Below, piece by piece: positions 41,689 through 55,437 of a stretch of DNA of 64,000 nucleotides; positions within the stretch are counted from its first letter, which is position 1, and each line of letters starts with the position of its first letter. The DNA comes from Octopus vulgaris (taxonomy: Eukaryota). Position numbers and translations under genes: made by a program. The stretch spans positions 77,128,001-77,192,000 of the forward strand of contig OX597822.1 of the NCBI GenBank assembly GCA_951406725.2, in the 5' to 3' direction. A model generated the notes under the pieces. The model ran no database searches. It was not told where the DNA came from and saw only the letters and a program-made list of their open reading frames with translations.

Positions 41689-42628
41689 ACTCTCTCTTCC
41701 TCTCTTACTCATGTGCGCACACACAGAAATTGCAAATTGCTGAAACTGCTTCTGTTGTTGCAATTGCTGCTGCAAACGCCATTTCGTTTCCATGTCGTCT
41801 GCTCAGTGGACAGGAATCAATCATTGCTGTGATGTTCCTGATAAATCCAACATTTTATTCCATTTAGCTGTCGACTTAATCGGTTCCCTTCTGTCTCAGT
41901 AACTTGTCAGAAAATTATCCAGTTTGCCGTAACCATTTTATATACGCTTTCAAACAAGATACGATTTTCTTCATCATCTGTCAAAAGCTTCCTCCATTAA
42001 TCAAATCCTTTAAATAACAAATTTTCTCGACCAACTTCCTTTTCATATATAAGTAAAGTCCTTTCAATGTTATATACATCCGCTTCTTAAGTGTATTTAT
42101 GCCACAGATTATAGTCAAGCTGATAGATTATCGTATTTAGTTCACTATGTCATGGTTCTAGTTTCCATTTTCTATCAGGTCGGTGGTTTTGCCTCGTTTT
42201 CTTATTTGCTTTATCTTTACGCAATGTTTGATTGAAATGGCTGAATAAATTGACTCGCTGTGTATTTTTCATATTCCCTCAAAGAAATAAAGACAAATGA
42301 AATAAAAACCTAAATGCACTTGAAAGAAATTGGTATAAGAAATTGTCGTTATCGTTGTTAAATTCCAAATTAGCCAAGATTAGGAAAACCTAAGATCAAA
42401 GGCATTCTAGCCGTAACTATTTACCATTTTTCATACACTACATTATTCAATGTGTCCATTCTTTAAGTCAGCATAGTGTGTTTGAAGAGAATTTGGATGT
42501 CTTTTTTCTTTGCATATCGAGGCTCCATCATTTATTCGTAAATATCTAAGTATTGATCTCTAACAGATGCACAGTGTTACTGCTTTTGGAGAGGGTAAAA
42601 TCAATAACTTCAATCTCAGTAGTTGCCT

Positions 42629-43095
42629 GGTGTTGTATGCACCTCACACCACCTTAGGCGCGAAACCAGATATCGTTGTCCGGACTGTGATGAGTACCTT
42701 TGCATAATACCGTGTTTTGAGTTGTACCACACGCAAGCTATTTTTTGAACTTGAGCAGAATAACTCGTGCATATCATCTCTATATATATAAACGGCAAAA
42801 TGTCTGTGTGCGTGTTCTTTATACAAATCCACAATTCTTCAGTTAGAGGGCTCGCTCTTTCTATGGTCATTCAAAACCATCCAAGGGTGGTCGTGCACAT
42901 CTTTACATTTCCCCAGTCACCCTGCAAAGCCATTAAAAAATCAATAGAAGTGACATTTTTGTGAATTTTCTATCTAAAACCCAATCAATAGACGCGAGCT
43001 CGTTGACACTTGTGTGTTTGTGTGGCTTCACTAGATAAAAAAAAACCGGAACAGTGTCTCGCATGCTTCGGATAATACCGGCGTCAAGGGATTAA
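42629..43095 (+). mobile_element. piggyBac 3' remnant (Cys-rich C-terminal domain) with an internal Helitron-like insertion
   Basis: 42629-42748 reads GVVCTSHHLRRETRYRCPDCDEYLCIIPCFELYHTQAIF*; end caaggga|TTAA at ~43095; Helitron-like 5' end tctctatatatataaacggc at ~42777. Confidence 0.7.
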
Positions 43096-43908
43096 GTGAA
43101 AATCAACTTTATAAAACACCGTAGAAAATAACAGAATAACACAAATTTTTGTGAGGAAACTTTTGCATTGAGTGTAAGCGCTTTCGTTAATTTTTTTTTC
43201 AAACACACGTGTTATGGGGTTATCTGTAGTAGAGAAGATTGTTTTTAGAACCGGCGCTGACTATTTCCAGTTTGGCTTCGGATTTTGAATTCTTACAAAG
43301 TATTTTTTGCCTATCCTAGTCGATAATATTCTTCCTTTATTTTGAAAAGAAAAATAAGCAAATACTTTGAATTTTCCATTCGATTAGCTAATATTAATAT
43401 ATCTTGCTTTCTTTGTTATTTAATCGTAATATCACCATTGCAGTCTACACACCTACATCCATTATATATATACATGTGTGTGCGTGTGCGTGGGTGTGAA
43501 TTTAAATACATTCTTGTGAGTGTAGGTTTTGGCCGGGTAATGTAATATATTGATTTGTAAACAAATGGTTATTGGTCGTTCCTTGTAAAGCCATATTAAT
43601 AACAAATAATTATATACACATGCGTGTGTATGTGTCTGTGTGTGTATTACATTTAGAGCAATAGTATATGGAATAATATGCACATGCCTACACATATAGC
43701 TACTCATTCATATATGCATATATATACATCAGTACGTACGTGCATACTTGCATGCATATGCACGTACGTACATAGATAAATACGTACATACATTCATGCA
43801 GTTATTATAAAGAGACATTTGGAAATAAAATTAAGCCACATATTGCATCTATCTACTTACGTACTTACCTACCTACATATCTATCTATCTCTGTTGTCTC
43901 TCTATCTA

Positions 43909-43971
<63 letters not shown>

Positions 43972-44000
43972 GTCTGTCTGTCTGTCTGTCTGTCTATTTA

Positions 44001-44035
<35 letters not shown>

Positions 44036-44114
44036 TGTCTATCTGTCTATCTACTTATCTAAATACCTATCTATCTTGGAAGGAATATTTCTGTACACAC
44101 ACATATATATCTCT

Positions 44115-44159
<45 letters not shown>

Positions 44160-44320
44160 ACGAGGTAATAGCGCAAAGCTGCGTTCACGTATACTCAACT
44201 AACCTAAATTATATATATAGATAGATAGATAGATATAGATATAGATATAGATATAAGTGTATGTTTGTATATACCTATATATGTACATATATATATATAT
44301 ACATATAAATATATATATAA

Positions 44321-44361
<41 letters not shown>

Positions 44362-44449
44362 GAGAGAGAGTGATGGGGAATAAATAGATTGCTAAACATA
44401 CATACAGACAGACAGACAGATAGGCAGATATATAGATAGATAGACAGAC

Positions 44450-44556
<107 letters not shown>

Positions 44557-45449
44557 ATCCACATTATGTGACTGAAAAGATAGCTTAAAGAAGTTTTATT
44601 CAAATTATTTGCTGCATGATAACTGTAAAAGAATCGAATTAAATAATATTTTTACACAACTGCATACTAGAATTTTCCAATTTGATTTATGATAATATGA
44701 ATTATATGTAACGCGCTGTCAGCAATTTTTGTTGTGCTTCATTATCTAAATTCCCTCGGAGCGAATACAGTTATAAGTTCACCTTCAAGGTGACCATTTT
44801 ATATGTTTTCTTCATAATCCATTTGAGTGGAGATAACATCGTTGAAATTGAGGTTTACAAAGAATCAGGAAGAAATATTTCTAGTGCGTGAAATAATCAA
44901 TATTCGTATATGATTTGGTCAGTGGTAGCCCCAGGATGTGTCTGGTGTACAGTAGTAGCACTTTACTCGTGAATGCTAAGCAAAGTTTTTCATTTCTGTC
45001 GTCGATGTGAAATGGAATGTAGTGTCTTATCTTTTACTTGCAACAGACATTGGGTTGCAGCCATGCCGGGGTACCACTTTGAAGAGTTTTAATCGAAGAG
45101 AACGATCGTAGTACTTATTTTCTAAAAGTCGGTACTTACTCAATCGGACTCTTTTACCGACCCGCTAAGTTACGGGACGTATACAAACCAAAGTCGGTCG
45201 TCAAGCAATGTGAATGTATATATGCATACACGCATACATACGTACAAGCAGACATACATACATGTCATAAGCCTATTATGTCCCCTGATGAGGTTTCTTC
45301 TGCACTGTGGGGAGCATTCGATTTCATTATATCGTTCCCCATCCACTAGGGAGCAGTGCAGAAGTAAATCAAAACGACCGTTATAATAAAACAAAGTTTC
45401 CAATATACTCTGTCCTCCGTATCAATCATGTAGAATGTACACACACACA

Positions 45450-45536
<87 letters not shown>

Positions 45537-45768
45537 GTTAAGGAGGACAGCAAGGCAACCATCACAAGTCGTATACAATATTATTATTGGAAGAAATTCA
45601 ATTTTACAGCTGTTTCTGGGATATCCCGAATATGGGATCAGAGACAAATAGGGAAAAAATAAATAAGTAAATGAGTGGAAATCGAACCGGTGTGTGTGTT
45701 AATTGATAAGGCATTAAAACAGATTGACTCTCCCCAGACACAATAAAATATGTATAGGTGTGTGTATG

Positions 45769-45796
<28 letters not shown>

Positions 45797-45806
<10 letters not shown>

Positions 45807-46198
45807 TAACAATTTAGGAGTGGCCTTAACAGGCCATTCGTCCACTAGAGAGAGCAGCCAGAACTCAAACCGCCAAGCATTAGTAATTCAGAAATTAGGT
45901 GAAAATTTAAAAACGTTTACCCTAATTCATCTTTTAGACGATGCATCGTTTCTGTGTTTTTAAATGATAAACCAGCCTAATTAAATTAAATTAAGCTGAT
46001 CTACCATAGGTCACACTTCATCAGTAAAAGACCTTGGAGAGACAAATATACACGAGGCGTCTGTATCAAAGATGAATTAGGGTAAACGTTTTTAAATTTT
46101 CACCTAATTTCTGAATTACTAATGCTTGGCGGTTTGAGTTCTGGCTGCTCTCTCTAGTGCTCTCTCTAGGCCACTCCTAAATTGTTATATTTATATAT
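45797..46198. repeat. Fold-back: ~135-bp inverted arms enclosing a hammerhead
   Basis: 45797-45934 is the reverse complement of 46068-46198, nearly perfect apart from one short segment. Confidence 0.9.
45931..46030 (-). ncRNA. Type I hammerhead ribozyme with extended stem II and intact core
   Basis: Minus strand: ctttta-CTGATGA-a-gtgt...atggtagatcagcttaatt/aattaggctggtttatcat...acac-a-GAAA-cgatgcatcg-TC-taaaag; GUC cleavage triplet. Confidence 0.8.
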
Positions 46199-46282
46199 TT
46201 TAGTCTTTAACTATTTTCTCTTTTCCACTAGGCCGCTGGTAGCGATAAATTTCTATTGAATTTTTTGCTACCCTAAATTGAT

Positions 46283-46377
<95 letters not shown>

Positions 46378-46384
46378 GTATATA

Positions 46385-46605
46385 TAACGGGAAGCTTTAT
46401 GAAAATAAACAAAAGACGAAGGCAGGTGGAATGCAAACAAATAATTGTATTAGTATGGCGCTCAGGAATATAAATAAAACAAGTCTTTTACGTTTCGAGC
46501 CTACGCTCTTCAACAGAAAGATACACAGAGAAGAAACACAGAAAGAAGGAGAGAAAAAAAATGCGTGCAGAGGCTAGCGAATCAACATGGCGATCTGATT
46601 TCGGC
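46385..46605 (-). mobile_element. PLE pseudo-LTR with an A6U HHR (46484-46521)
   Basis: Minus strand: tcttt-CTGTTGA-a-gagc(gtag)gctc-GAAAC-GTA-aaaga; homologous to 19150-19366; TA-flanked. Confidence 0.75.
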
Positions 46606-47384
46606 CATATATATATATAATAAAACTTTATATATAAAGAACGTGAAATTCACGAATTGACGAACACGGAAAAACGGACAGTCATTCAGAGCCTACATTC
46701 TTCAGTCAGAAACCGATTCATCATGGCAAATTTCGGCTGTTTAATTCTGAGATTTGCTCCAAAACGGCCAGCCCCAAGGTAAAGCTAAGCTATGGGCATT
46801 AGATTTGCTTGGTAGAAGGAAAGAATGTGACAACAGAGACGAAGATAAAATTGGAAACAGTAACGAATAAAAACAGGAATGATACGACTTGAGACTTTGA
46901 GACAAATATATATATATATATATATATATACTGTAAATAATAATAGTATTTTATAAACTTAAAGCTTATAAGCGATCGCCGCGCAATGACAATGACTAAA
47001 GAAAATAGTCCAATAATGCTAAAAAATAATGGGTCCAATATATAAGCCCTCGATGGAAAAACGCGTGGGAATCGAATACATATCTCTTCGCTTTCGCGAC
47101 AAGTGTGCTAGCCATTTACACCATCGTACAACTTGCTTAATTCCATCAGATTTAAGAACTATAATTAGTTCGTAGTGTTTATTTATTTCAATTAGCTATT
47201 ATATATTTTATTAAATTAATTAAGAAAATATAATTATATTATAAGAAAATATATTAAGAAAATAATTGTTTAATAAATAATTAAATAATTAAGAAAATAA
47301 TTATTTAATAAATAATTAAATAAATTAAATTAAGAGAATATGAAGTACACCATAATAAAATTTAATAAACTTGTATAAGTTTAA

Positions 47385-48411
47385 TTCATAAAATCCTTGT
47401 AAGATACTCTTCGAGCTGTTTATGGCTGGCCGAGATCATCCCACACAGGGTGTGGCGGAACATTGACCTTTTGCTGGAGTTCAGCGTCTTTATCAGCCGC
47501 CAAAAGTGGGGGACTCCACTATACGCAGCGGTAGCATGTTATCGACAAACAGGTCTACAATCCTTCTGTCCACCATAGACTGACGGCACCAGTGCCAGCA
47601 GTTTGGGCAAACGCCTCTCCAATGCTGAGCTGGCATGCTTTCTTTGTACATAGCTGCGATGACTGGGTATTGACACTGCTACCAGAGGATCGTCTGTGTT
47701 TCCCATGGTAAGAACCGGCCTTGGCCCTTTCCCCAAACTGGATGGCATACGCTGGGTGTTTCTTCTTGACATGGGACTTCAAGTTGTAGAGGCTCGCCTC
47801 TTGTCCCTTGATGGTGGTCTCCTTGCGCTAGCACATGACGGACCGAAAGTACAGGATTTTGGCTTTCCTCTTATCCCTTGACGTAAGGACAAAGTAGTCC
47901 TGCTGGTTCTGAGACTCCTGTCTCTCAACCTGAGCGACCTCTGCCTCACCCACACGCCGTTGCAGACTCCTCAACAGGCTCTTCATCTTCAGGCCGAACA
48001 AAGACTTCGTCACTATCCATAACGATAAGCGATAATTTGGTAAGCCGATAACGTACACTGCTATCGTTGACACTGTAAGACTGTCTGCAATTTGGCAACG
48101 TCGTAAGTGAACACAACTCAAAACTGCAGAATTACACAATGCTACTTAGCTAGCTGCTGCTGCGTCAACCAATCTCCACTTGTCATTTGTACACGTAGTC
48201 AACGAATAACGTACCTCGAGACACACCCACAACAGACAGGAACAAACATATGAATTTTCTTAGCGAACTTAAAGTTAGCAGAAATAAATTAAGTGAATGC
48301 TAATTCCTCTGCTAACGGTTTCCAAAGTTAGCGAAAACGTCAATCCGCTAAACGTAAAATTAGCTTCCTTAATTAAGTGTTATCGGATTAGCGGTATCGT
48401 GCTCACTACTG
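47385..48411 (-). mobile_element. Internally deleted hAT (Tol2-like) element with a BED zinc-finger remnant
   Basis: KILYFRSVMC*RKETTIKGQEASLYNLKSHVKKKHP resembles the BED finger (C..C...SNLxxHxxxxH); terminus cagtagtgagc at 48411 with subterminal ttagcg repeats. Confidence 0.65.
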
Positions 48412-48457
48412 TGAATATCAATACATATGCAAATATATTTATGTATACACACACACG

Positions 48458-48546
<89 letters not shown>

Positions 48547-48547
<1 letters not shown>

Positions 48548-48992
48548 GGCGCAGGAGTAGATGTGTGGTAAGTAGCCTGCTCACCAGCCACATGGTTCCG
48601 GGTTCAGTCCCACTGCGTGGCAACTTGAGCAAGTGTCTTCTACTATAGTCTCGGGCCAACCAAAGCCTTGTGAGTGGATTTGGCAGACAAAAACTGAAAG
48701 AAGCCTGTCGTATATGTGTGTGTGAGTGTGTGCGTGTGTGTGTAAGCGGGTCTGTGTTTGTCCCCAACCATCGCTTGACAACCGATGCTGGTCTGTTTAC
48801 GTCCCCAACCATCGCTTGACAACCGATGCTGGTCTGTTTACGTCCCCGTAGCTTAGCGGTTCGGCAAAATAGACTGATAGGATAAATACTAGGCTTACAA
48901 GGAATAAGTCCTGGGGTCGATTTCTTCGACTAAAGGCGGTGCTCCAGCATGGCCACAATCAAATGACTGAAACAAATAGCAGAATAAAAGAA
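48547..48992 (+). mobile_element. SINE family A with an internal ~41-bp tandem duplication
   Basis: gtccccaaccatcgcttgacaaccgatgctggtctgtttac occurs twice, at 48760 and 48801. Confidence 0.85.
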
Positions 48993-48997
48993 TACAT

Positions 48998-49106
<109 letters not shown>

Positions 49107-49491
49107 AACGTACAGATGTACATATATGCATACATATGTGCATATATAGAGGGTATATGTGTGCATATATATAAATGTATGTATGCATGTATGTATCTAT
49201 TTATACATGTACATACATCTAATAACAGCCTTCCACTTAATTACCGCGTTTTCCCCATATAAGTGAATCATCCAATTTGTAACTGTATTCTATTTGTTCA
49301 TTCGGTTATGACTAAATGGGTGTGGGGAGATCCTTGTGTAAAACGCATTATATAATTCACACTGCAGTATCATTGTTTGCATCGTTGTCTTCATGTATGT
49401 AATTTGATTTGTCTTCCACACGCTACTAAAATGACTGTAAACCGAGGAATAAATGCAATGCCTGCGTGTCTGTTCTTCACTTGCTACACAT

Positions 49492-49561
<70 letters not shown>

Positions 49562-49712
49562 GCATACATGCATACATACATACATACATATATATATATA
49601 TATGCATGAACACATATGCACACACACACACATATATATACACGCACGCACACATATATGTTTATATTATAAATAAAATATATATACAGGATATATATAT
49701 TCGTGTGTGTGT

Positions 49713-49972
49713 TTATTCTTTTATTTGTTTCAGTCATTTGACTGCCGCCATGCTGGAGCGCCGCCTTTAGTGGAAAAATCGACCGTAGGACTTATCCTTT
49801 GTCAGCCTAATACTTATTCTATCGGTCACTTATGCCGAACCGCTATGTTACAGGGACATAAACACACCAACATCGGTTTCAAGCGATGGTAAGGGACAAA
49901 CATAGATGCACAGACATATATATACGTTGGGCTTCTTTTCAGTTCCCATCTATCAAATCCACTCATAAGGCT
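49713..49972 (-). mobile_element. SINE family A, 5'-truncated
   Basis: Family A tail on the minus strand. Confidence 0.75.
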
Positions 49973-49975
49973 TCG

Positions 49976-50012
<37 letters not shown>

Positions 50013-51046
50013 TTTTGTGCCAGCGTAGTTGCATATATGAGATGGTAATATAATATAATACATGCCTGTTAGCGTGCGTATGCACATTCGCACGCGTGTA
50101 CACATATACATACATATTGTAAATGAGACAGACGCTTCTGTCCAATAAATAAAATTGAAAATAAATAAAAAATTTAAAATCAAAATAAATAAAAAATAAT
50201 CTTTTTTTAAAAATTAAAATGGCCGAAACTCAAATTATCATTCATTGCTTCTATCAGTAATAAGACCTTCTATTTGGCGTCCTCCAGTCTATATTTTGGA
50301 CTGTCTCCCTTCATCCACTTCCAGCTTTTATCTGTCTCTAGTCCTGTATGTGTGTATTCGTCTGTGCGCGTTTCTGTCTGTCTGTGTATCTGCACGAATC
50401 TATTTTTTTGGGGTGTTTGTGCATGTGAAGTAAATCAGACAATTAAATTCATTAGAAATTTTCACGCAGCGCTAGTATTGGATGTCAGCGATCTTCAATG
50501 GAGATGATGCAGCCACAGGAGATGCTTATATCCACTTCTCGTTCATTCACTTTACACATATAACAAATTTTTCCAGTATGGTTCATATCGAGTAGTTTTG
50601 TGCTTTTATAATTAAGACGCACTCATACACAAACACATACACATAAGCATATGCAGCCATTTATATATATGTGTATGTGTGTGTGTATGCATACTTATAT
50701 ATACATATATATGTATACATATATATATACATATATATATATACACATGTATATATATACATATAGATACATGTATATATATATGGATATATATACATAT
50801 GTATATATATGTATATATATACTTATGTACATATATAAATATATATAAATAAATATATGTAAATATATAAACATACTCACACATATATACATACATGTAC
50901 ATTATATATATATATACACACACACACATTTAGTTATACATATATATATATGCTTTATATATATTTAAATATACATATTTATATATATATATGTATACAC
51001 ACATTTACATATGTATATATATACATATACATTTATATGTAAATAC

Positions 51047-51088
<42 letters not shown>

Positions 51089-51123
51089 TTACATTTATAT
51101 ATATATAAATACATACATACATC

Positions 51124-52710
51124 TTGGTTTGTGTGGTAAAGTCGTTCGTTTCCATCCAATATTTGAATTATCACGAAAGATATTTTTATCGTGTTATTTT
51201 ACGTTTTTCTTTTTGTGGTGGTTTTTTTCTATTCTTTCTCTACAACTTACGTTTATCGATTTTGAAATTTGAATAAACTTCACGTCTTTTCAGATATTTG
51301 ACGACGGAGTGAACAGAGTGAAAAAAAGGGGATTCCAAAGCTTCCGAAGCAGTACAGAGAAGACGCTGTTACTGAAAGAACTGCTCGAAAATGCTTTTCC
51401 GCAAATAGGAGGGGAAATTAGATCTCACAGACTCTCTGCGTTCCGACTGATTTGTTCAGTTCAATGAGAACCCATTGAAAGAGCTTATACATGAGAATTC
51501 GCGCCAATCTCCCAATGTTTTGACCCAGCTGATTGAATGTCCTCATGGTGATAACATTGCACGCCACTTTCACACAAGTGGTGAGGTCTAAGGATTCGGT
51601 TCAGGAATGCCGCACTCTCAGGACGAAAGAGACAATCTGCAGAGTTTCTTTATCGCTGCCATTTGTTCCCTCAACACGAAGTTACATGTGGACACAAACA
51701 GATTTCTTTAGTGCATCTTCATCAGCGATGAAAAATTATGTCTTTATGCCAATATGAAGCAAGAGAAAGAATGGGTGAGTTCCTACAAGCGAGCACCACT
51801 TTCTGCCAACGCAGATCTGTATCCACGCAAGACAAGGATTTGCATTTTTGTGGAATTGGGAAGGGCTAATCCAGTGCGAGGTGCTTGAAAACAACTACAC
51901 TGTTAATGCACATCTCTGCGTTCAGTAAATACACCGACTCAACAAGCAAATCCAGCAGAAAAGACCCGACTGGCCATACGGTGTGCTTCTACAACATGGC
52001 AACACTTGCCCCAACGTTGCTAATTTGACAGAAATTGCTATCCAAGAGCTCCGTTAGAAGGTTTTACTGTTCTCGCCGTATTCTCCTGTTACATCACCTT
52101 CAGACTGCCAGCTTTTCCGGTCGCTTTCCAACAGATTGCGAGGTATTTCGTTGACAATAACGTGTAGCTTAAAACATGGTCTGATAAAATCATCGAGCGA
52201 AGAACCGGCTATTTCTAACATCAAGGCAAGTAGTCGTGAACAATGAAGAGAATATGATTGATTTCTTAAAATTGTTGAAGAAAGATCCCAATTAGAAAAA
52301 GAGCACTCAGAGAGTGCAAACCTCCGCCAAGGCAACACTAACGTCCTCTCAACGATTGACTTAAGATGATTTTTAAAATGAGAATATTTGAAATGAACTC
52401 GACTGCTCTCACAAACGAGAATAATAAAAATGAACCCAACCGCTCTCAAAAATTAAGTGAAACAAACAGGTAAAATAATCCAGAATTCTTGTCCGGTACT
52501 GGATCGATCCCAAAATCTAATCAGTCATGAGGCTAAACATCCCTGAAAATTTCATCCGAATCCATCCAACGGTTCTTGAGATATCTTGGACTAACAAACA
52601 AACAAACACGACTGTAAAGAATACCTCCGCTATTTATTACCACCGCCTTCGCTAGAGCGGAGGTAATAAATGCAAGGAAAACACCCTACAAATTTATCAG
52701 AAAACCCAAC
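51124..52710 (+). mobile_element. Decayed mariner transposon (transposase pseudogene ~51290-52260)
   Basis: DAVTERTARKCF, LKELIHENSRQS, SDEKLCLYANMKQEKEWVS, VLLQHGNT, SPYSPVTSPSDCQLFRSLSN: mariner HTH and DD34D motifs, with stops. Confidence 0.85.
52294..52667. mobile_element. Helentron-associated (HINE/DINE-like) non-autonomous element nested in the mariner
   Basis: Subterminal acctccgcc near the left end, terminal hairpin tacctccgct...agcggaggta, and an (aaac)n tract before the hairpin. Confidence 0.55.
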
Positions 52711-53237
52711 ACATACATACATACCTGCTGATTGCTCAATTTCCACAGATGGTTGCTGTGTCCTTGTGTTTCCTTGTTGTCAATAGCATTTCTGACTTTC
52801 CATGCATGACCATTCTGTTGACAGTTCAGTCTCGTCGCAGATCTACGTGCTTTGGAGCAAAGGTGGCAGGCTAAAGTCATCACTTACTTTGCGTTCCCAG
52901 CTGGTTTGTACACGTCACCACTTTTCCAGTACCATAAAATTTTCGGCTGATGAGATAACGAATAAGGCCACCATAAAGAGATATCTATATGTTATTGTAT
53001 TATAGTGATAACCACTTATAAACAAGAATCTTTGTGATTAGTATCTCGTGACAGGCCGAAGTGAGGTAATCAGTAATCATGTGAAATCGCAGATTTTACA
53101 TTAGAGCCTCTCTCTCTCCTGGAAGGAGGCTGTGACAACAGCTAAGGATCCATCTATTCCAGGGATTTTACTGCGCACCCTGACACCAGGCGAGGGTATT
53201 TCTGCATTACCGTACTCAGATGAATTGTCATCCCATA

Positions 53238-54427
53238 TGAGGTGGTCTCAAAAAGTACCCGGACTAGTTCCGTAGCGCGCCAACAGATGGCAGAACACGT
53301 TTACGTTATCAGTGGGAGCTAGCAGTGTCCTTCATGAGGCAGTGTGCCGAGTAACATCGTTGTGTTTACTTCGCAAGTTGTGAAATTTGTGTCTTTGTAA
53401 TCACGTGTATTCTGTAGTCAGCGATTTTGTCATGGACAGGAACAAAAAGCCAACGTAAAATTTTGCGTTAAACTCGGGGAGTCTGCTACAGAGACATTGA
53501 GCAAGCTTCGGCAAGCTTATGGCGATGTGGCAATGGGTCGTACGAAAATTTTTCGAGTGGCACGGCCGCTTCAAAAGCCGAAGAAGGTCTCTAGGAGACG
53601 ATGAGCAATCTGGAAGACCTGCCACGAGAGTTACTCCCGGAAATGTGCTATTGTGCATCGAGAATTCGTCCTCCAGGGTTTGACCGTCAATCAAGAGTTC
53701 TCCTGCAACGTTTTGAAGCATCAGAGGGAGGGCATTCGGCGAAAGCGACCGGATCTTTAGGGCGCGAGGAATTGGATTCTTCACGGCGACAATGCACCCA
53801 GACAACGAGCTTTTTTCACTCGTGAGTTTCTCTCCAAAAACATAGTATCGCTTCCGCGCCAGCCCTATTCACCAGATTTAGCACCTGTGGACTTTCTCTT
53901 CTCCAATATGAAAATGCAGCTCAAAGGTCGCCATTTTAACACCGTTGTCGAGATCCTAAGTGAATCGCAGGTCCTCGACCCGCTTACGGAAACGGACTTC
54001 CAGGCCGGATTCCAAAAAGGGCAGGAACAATGGAACCGGTGTATTACTGCACAAGGTGACTATTCAGAACGTGATTATGCTAAATCTAAGATAAATAAGA
54101 AATATTGAATTTCTAAATCTCTCGTAGAGACATGTACGGTGGTGGGGCGTTAGAATGGTTGTATACTGTCAATCTAACAAGAACGTGACAGTAGGGGGTA
54201 CACCACCGCTGTATAGCCCTAGGAAGCATCGAACACCTCCTGATGGCTTTGACACATTTTTCCCTGTGTCCTTATATACATATACGAAGGGGAGACAAAC
54301 ACCCCCGGCTGCCGAAGCTGCATCTAGGGACACGTGTTTCAGGATCGTTGTCCTTCATCGGCCTAAGATAAATAAGTTATCTTTTATCAAACACAGCTAG
54401 CCTGGTAAACCATTTGATATCACCTTG
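53238..54427 (+). mobile_element. Second mariner, internally deleted transposase pseudogene
   Basis: EQKANVKFCVKLG...FEWHGRFK...DDEQSGRP, then WILHGDNAP, PYSPDLAPVDF, WNRCITAQGDY; imperfect TIRs at 53238 and 54397-54427. Confidence 0.85.
54100..54362 (-). mobile_element. 263-bp non-coding insert with a terminal hammerhead and a 14-bp TSD
   Basis: TSD ctaagataaataag at 54086-54099 and 54363-54376; minus strand tagg-CCGATGA-agga(caacga)tcct-GAAA-cacgtg-TC-ccta at 54324-54366. Confidence 0.75.
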
Positions 54428-55295
54428 GATGATAGTTAACTCATAGCAGGGACCTAACAGGTGCGACTACTCCGGGTCAGAGTATATCTGCGAATAATAG
54501 TGACTAAGAGATGGTTCCGTGTTCCTCAAATACATGGAACTTCTGAATCAGAGCTCCACTATCAGATGAAATATAAAGTCATACCCAAGACATGCTTAGA
54601 TGCCGACATAAATACATACCCGCGCACATGCATACGTACAAAATCCACACATTACAAATACAATCTGTAAGTGGTAGAGTAAAAATATGCAAGATTTTTC
54701 TTAAGTTTAAAACGTGAAATTTGTTTTTGTTATCAATATTCCACTGAGGCAGCATTATATCTTTGTTAGAAACCAACTCCTTCCATACAGGAAAACTTCA
54801 AGTAATTAAAAATAGAAAAGACCATCCATCCGTACATACATACATACATACATATAATACTCAATACAGCATCAATTTGAAGTATTCAGAGTTTGATATA
54901 TGCTTCATTATATATAAAATTAAAAGATATTGCTTATATACATACATACATACATACATACATACATACATACATACATACATACATACATACATACATA
55001 CATGCATACATACATACATACACACATACATACGTACGTACATACATACATGCATGCATACTTACATATATGTATGTATATACGTATATGTGTATATATG
55101 TGTGTACATGCATCTCTCTCTCTCTCTCCCTCTATCTCTCTCTCATATATATATATATATGAGAAATGGAAAATGAAGATAAACACACAAGATGTTATCT
55201 AAATAATTTATATCACCATATAACCGACATATGTTTCGATTGATACATTAAAATTAATCCGACAGAAAGAATAATGTGGAATAATTCATCAATCT

Positions 55296-55381
55296 TCTCC
55301 TTGATGAGATTGGTACATTATTCCACATTATTCTTCTTCTCGGATTAATTTTAATTTATCAATCGAAACATATGTCGGTGA
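55296..55381 (+). ncRNA. Hammerhead-like motif with long stem II (C3U), in a fold-back
   Basis: tctcc-TTGATGA-gattggtacatt...aatttatcaatc-GAAAC-atat-GTC-ggtga; stem I has a mismatch. Confidence 0.5.
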
Positions 55382-55437
55382 CAATTATGAGAACGGGATC
55401 AGGGGTTAAACCCTGTTTTTCTTGGAATTATATATAT

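Noticed and set aside
41608-41830. Gln-rich minus-strand ORF (METKWRLQQQ...) as a host exon
   Set aside because: Short, runs into a GA microsatellite, and has no recognisable domain or partner exon.
47050-47128. Possible tRNA gene on the minus strand (also the heads at 34301 and 58302)
   Set aside because: A/B-box-like motifs are present but the cloverleaf stems are broken and there is no terminator; these are SINE heads.
51124-54427. Functional or domesticated mariner transposase (SETMAR-like)
   Set aside because: Multiple stops, frameshifts and deletions, and no SET domain.
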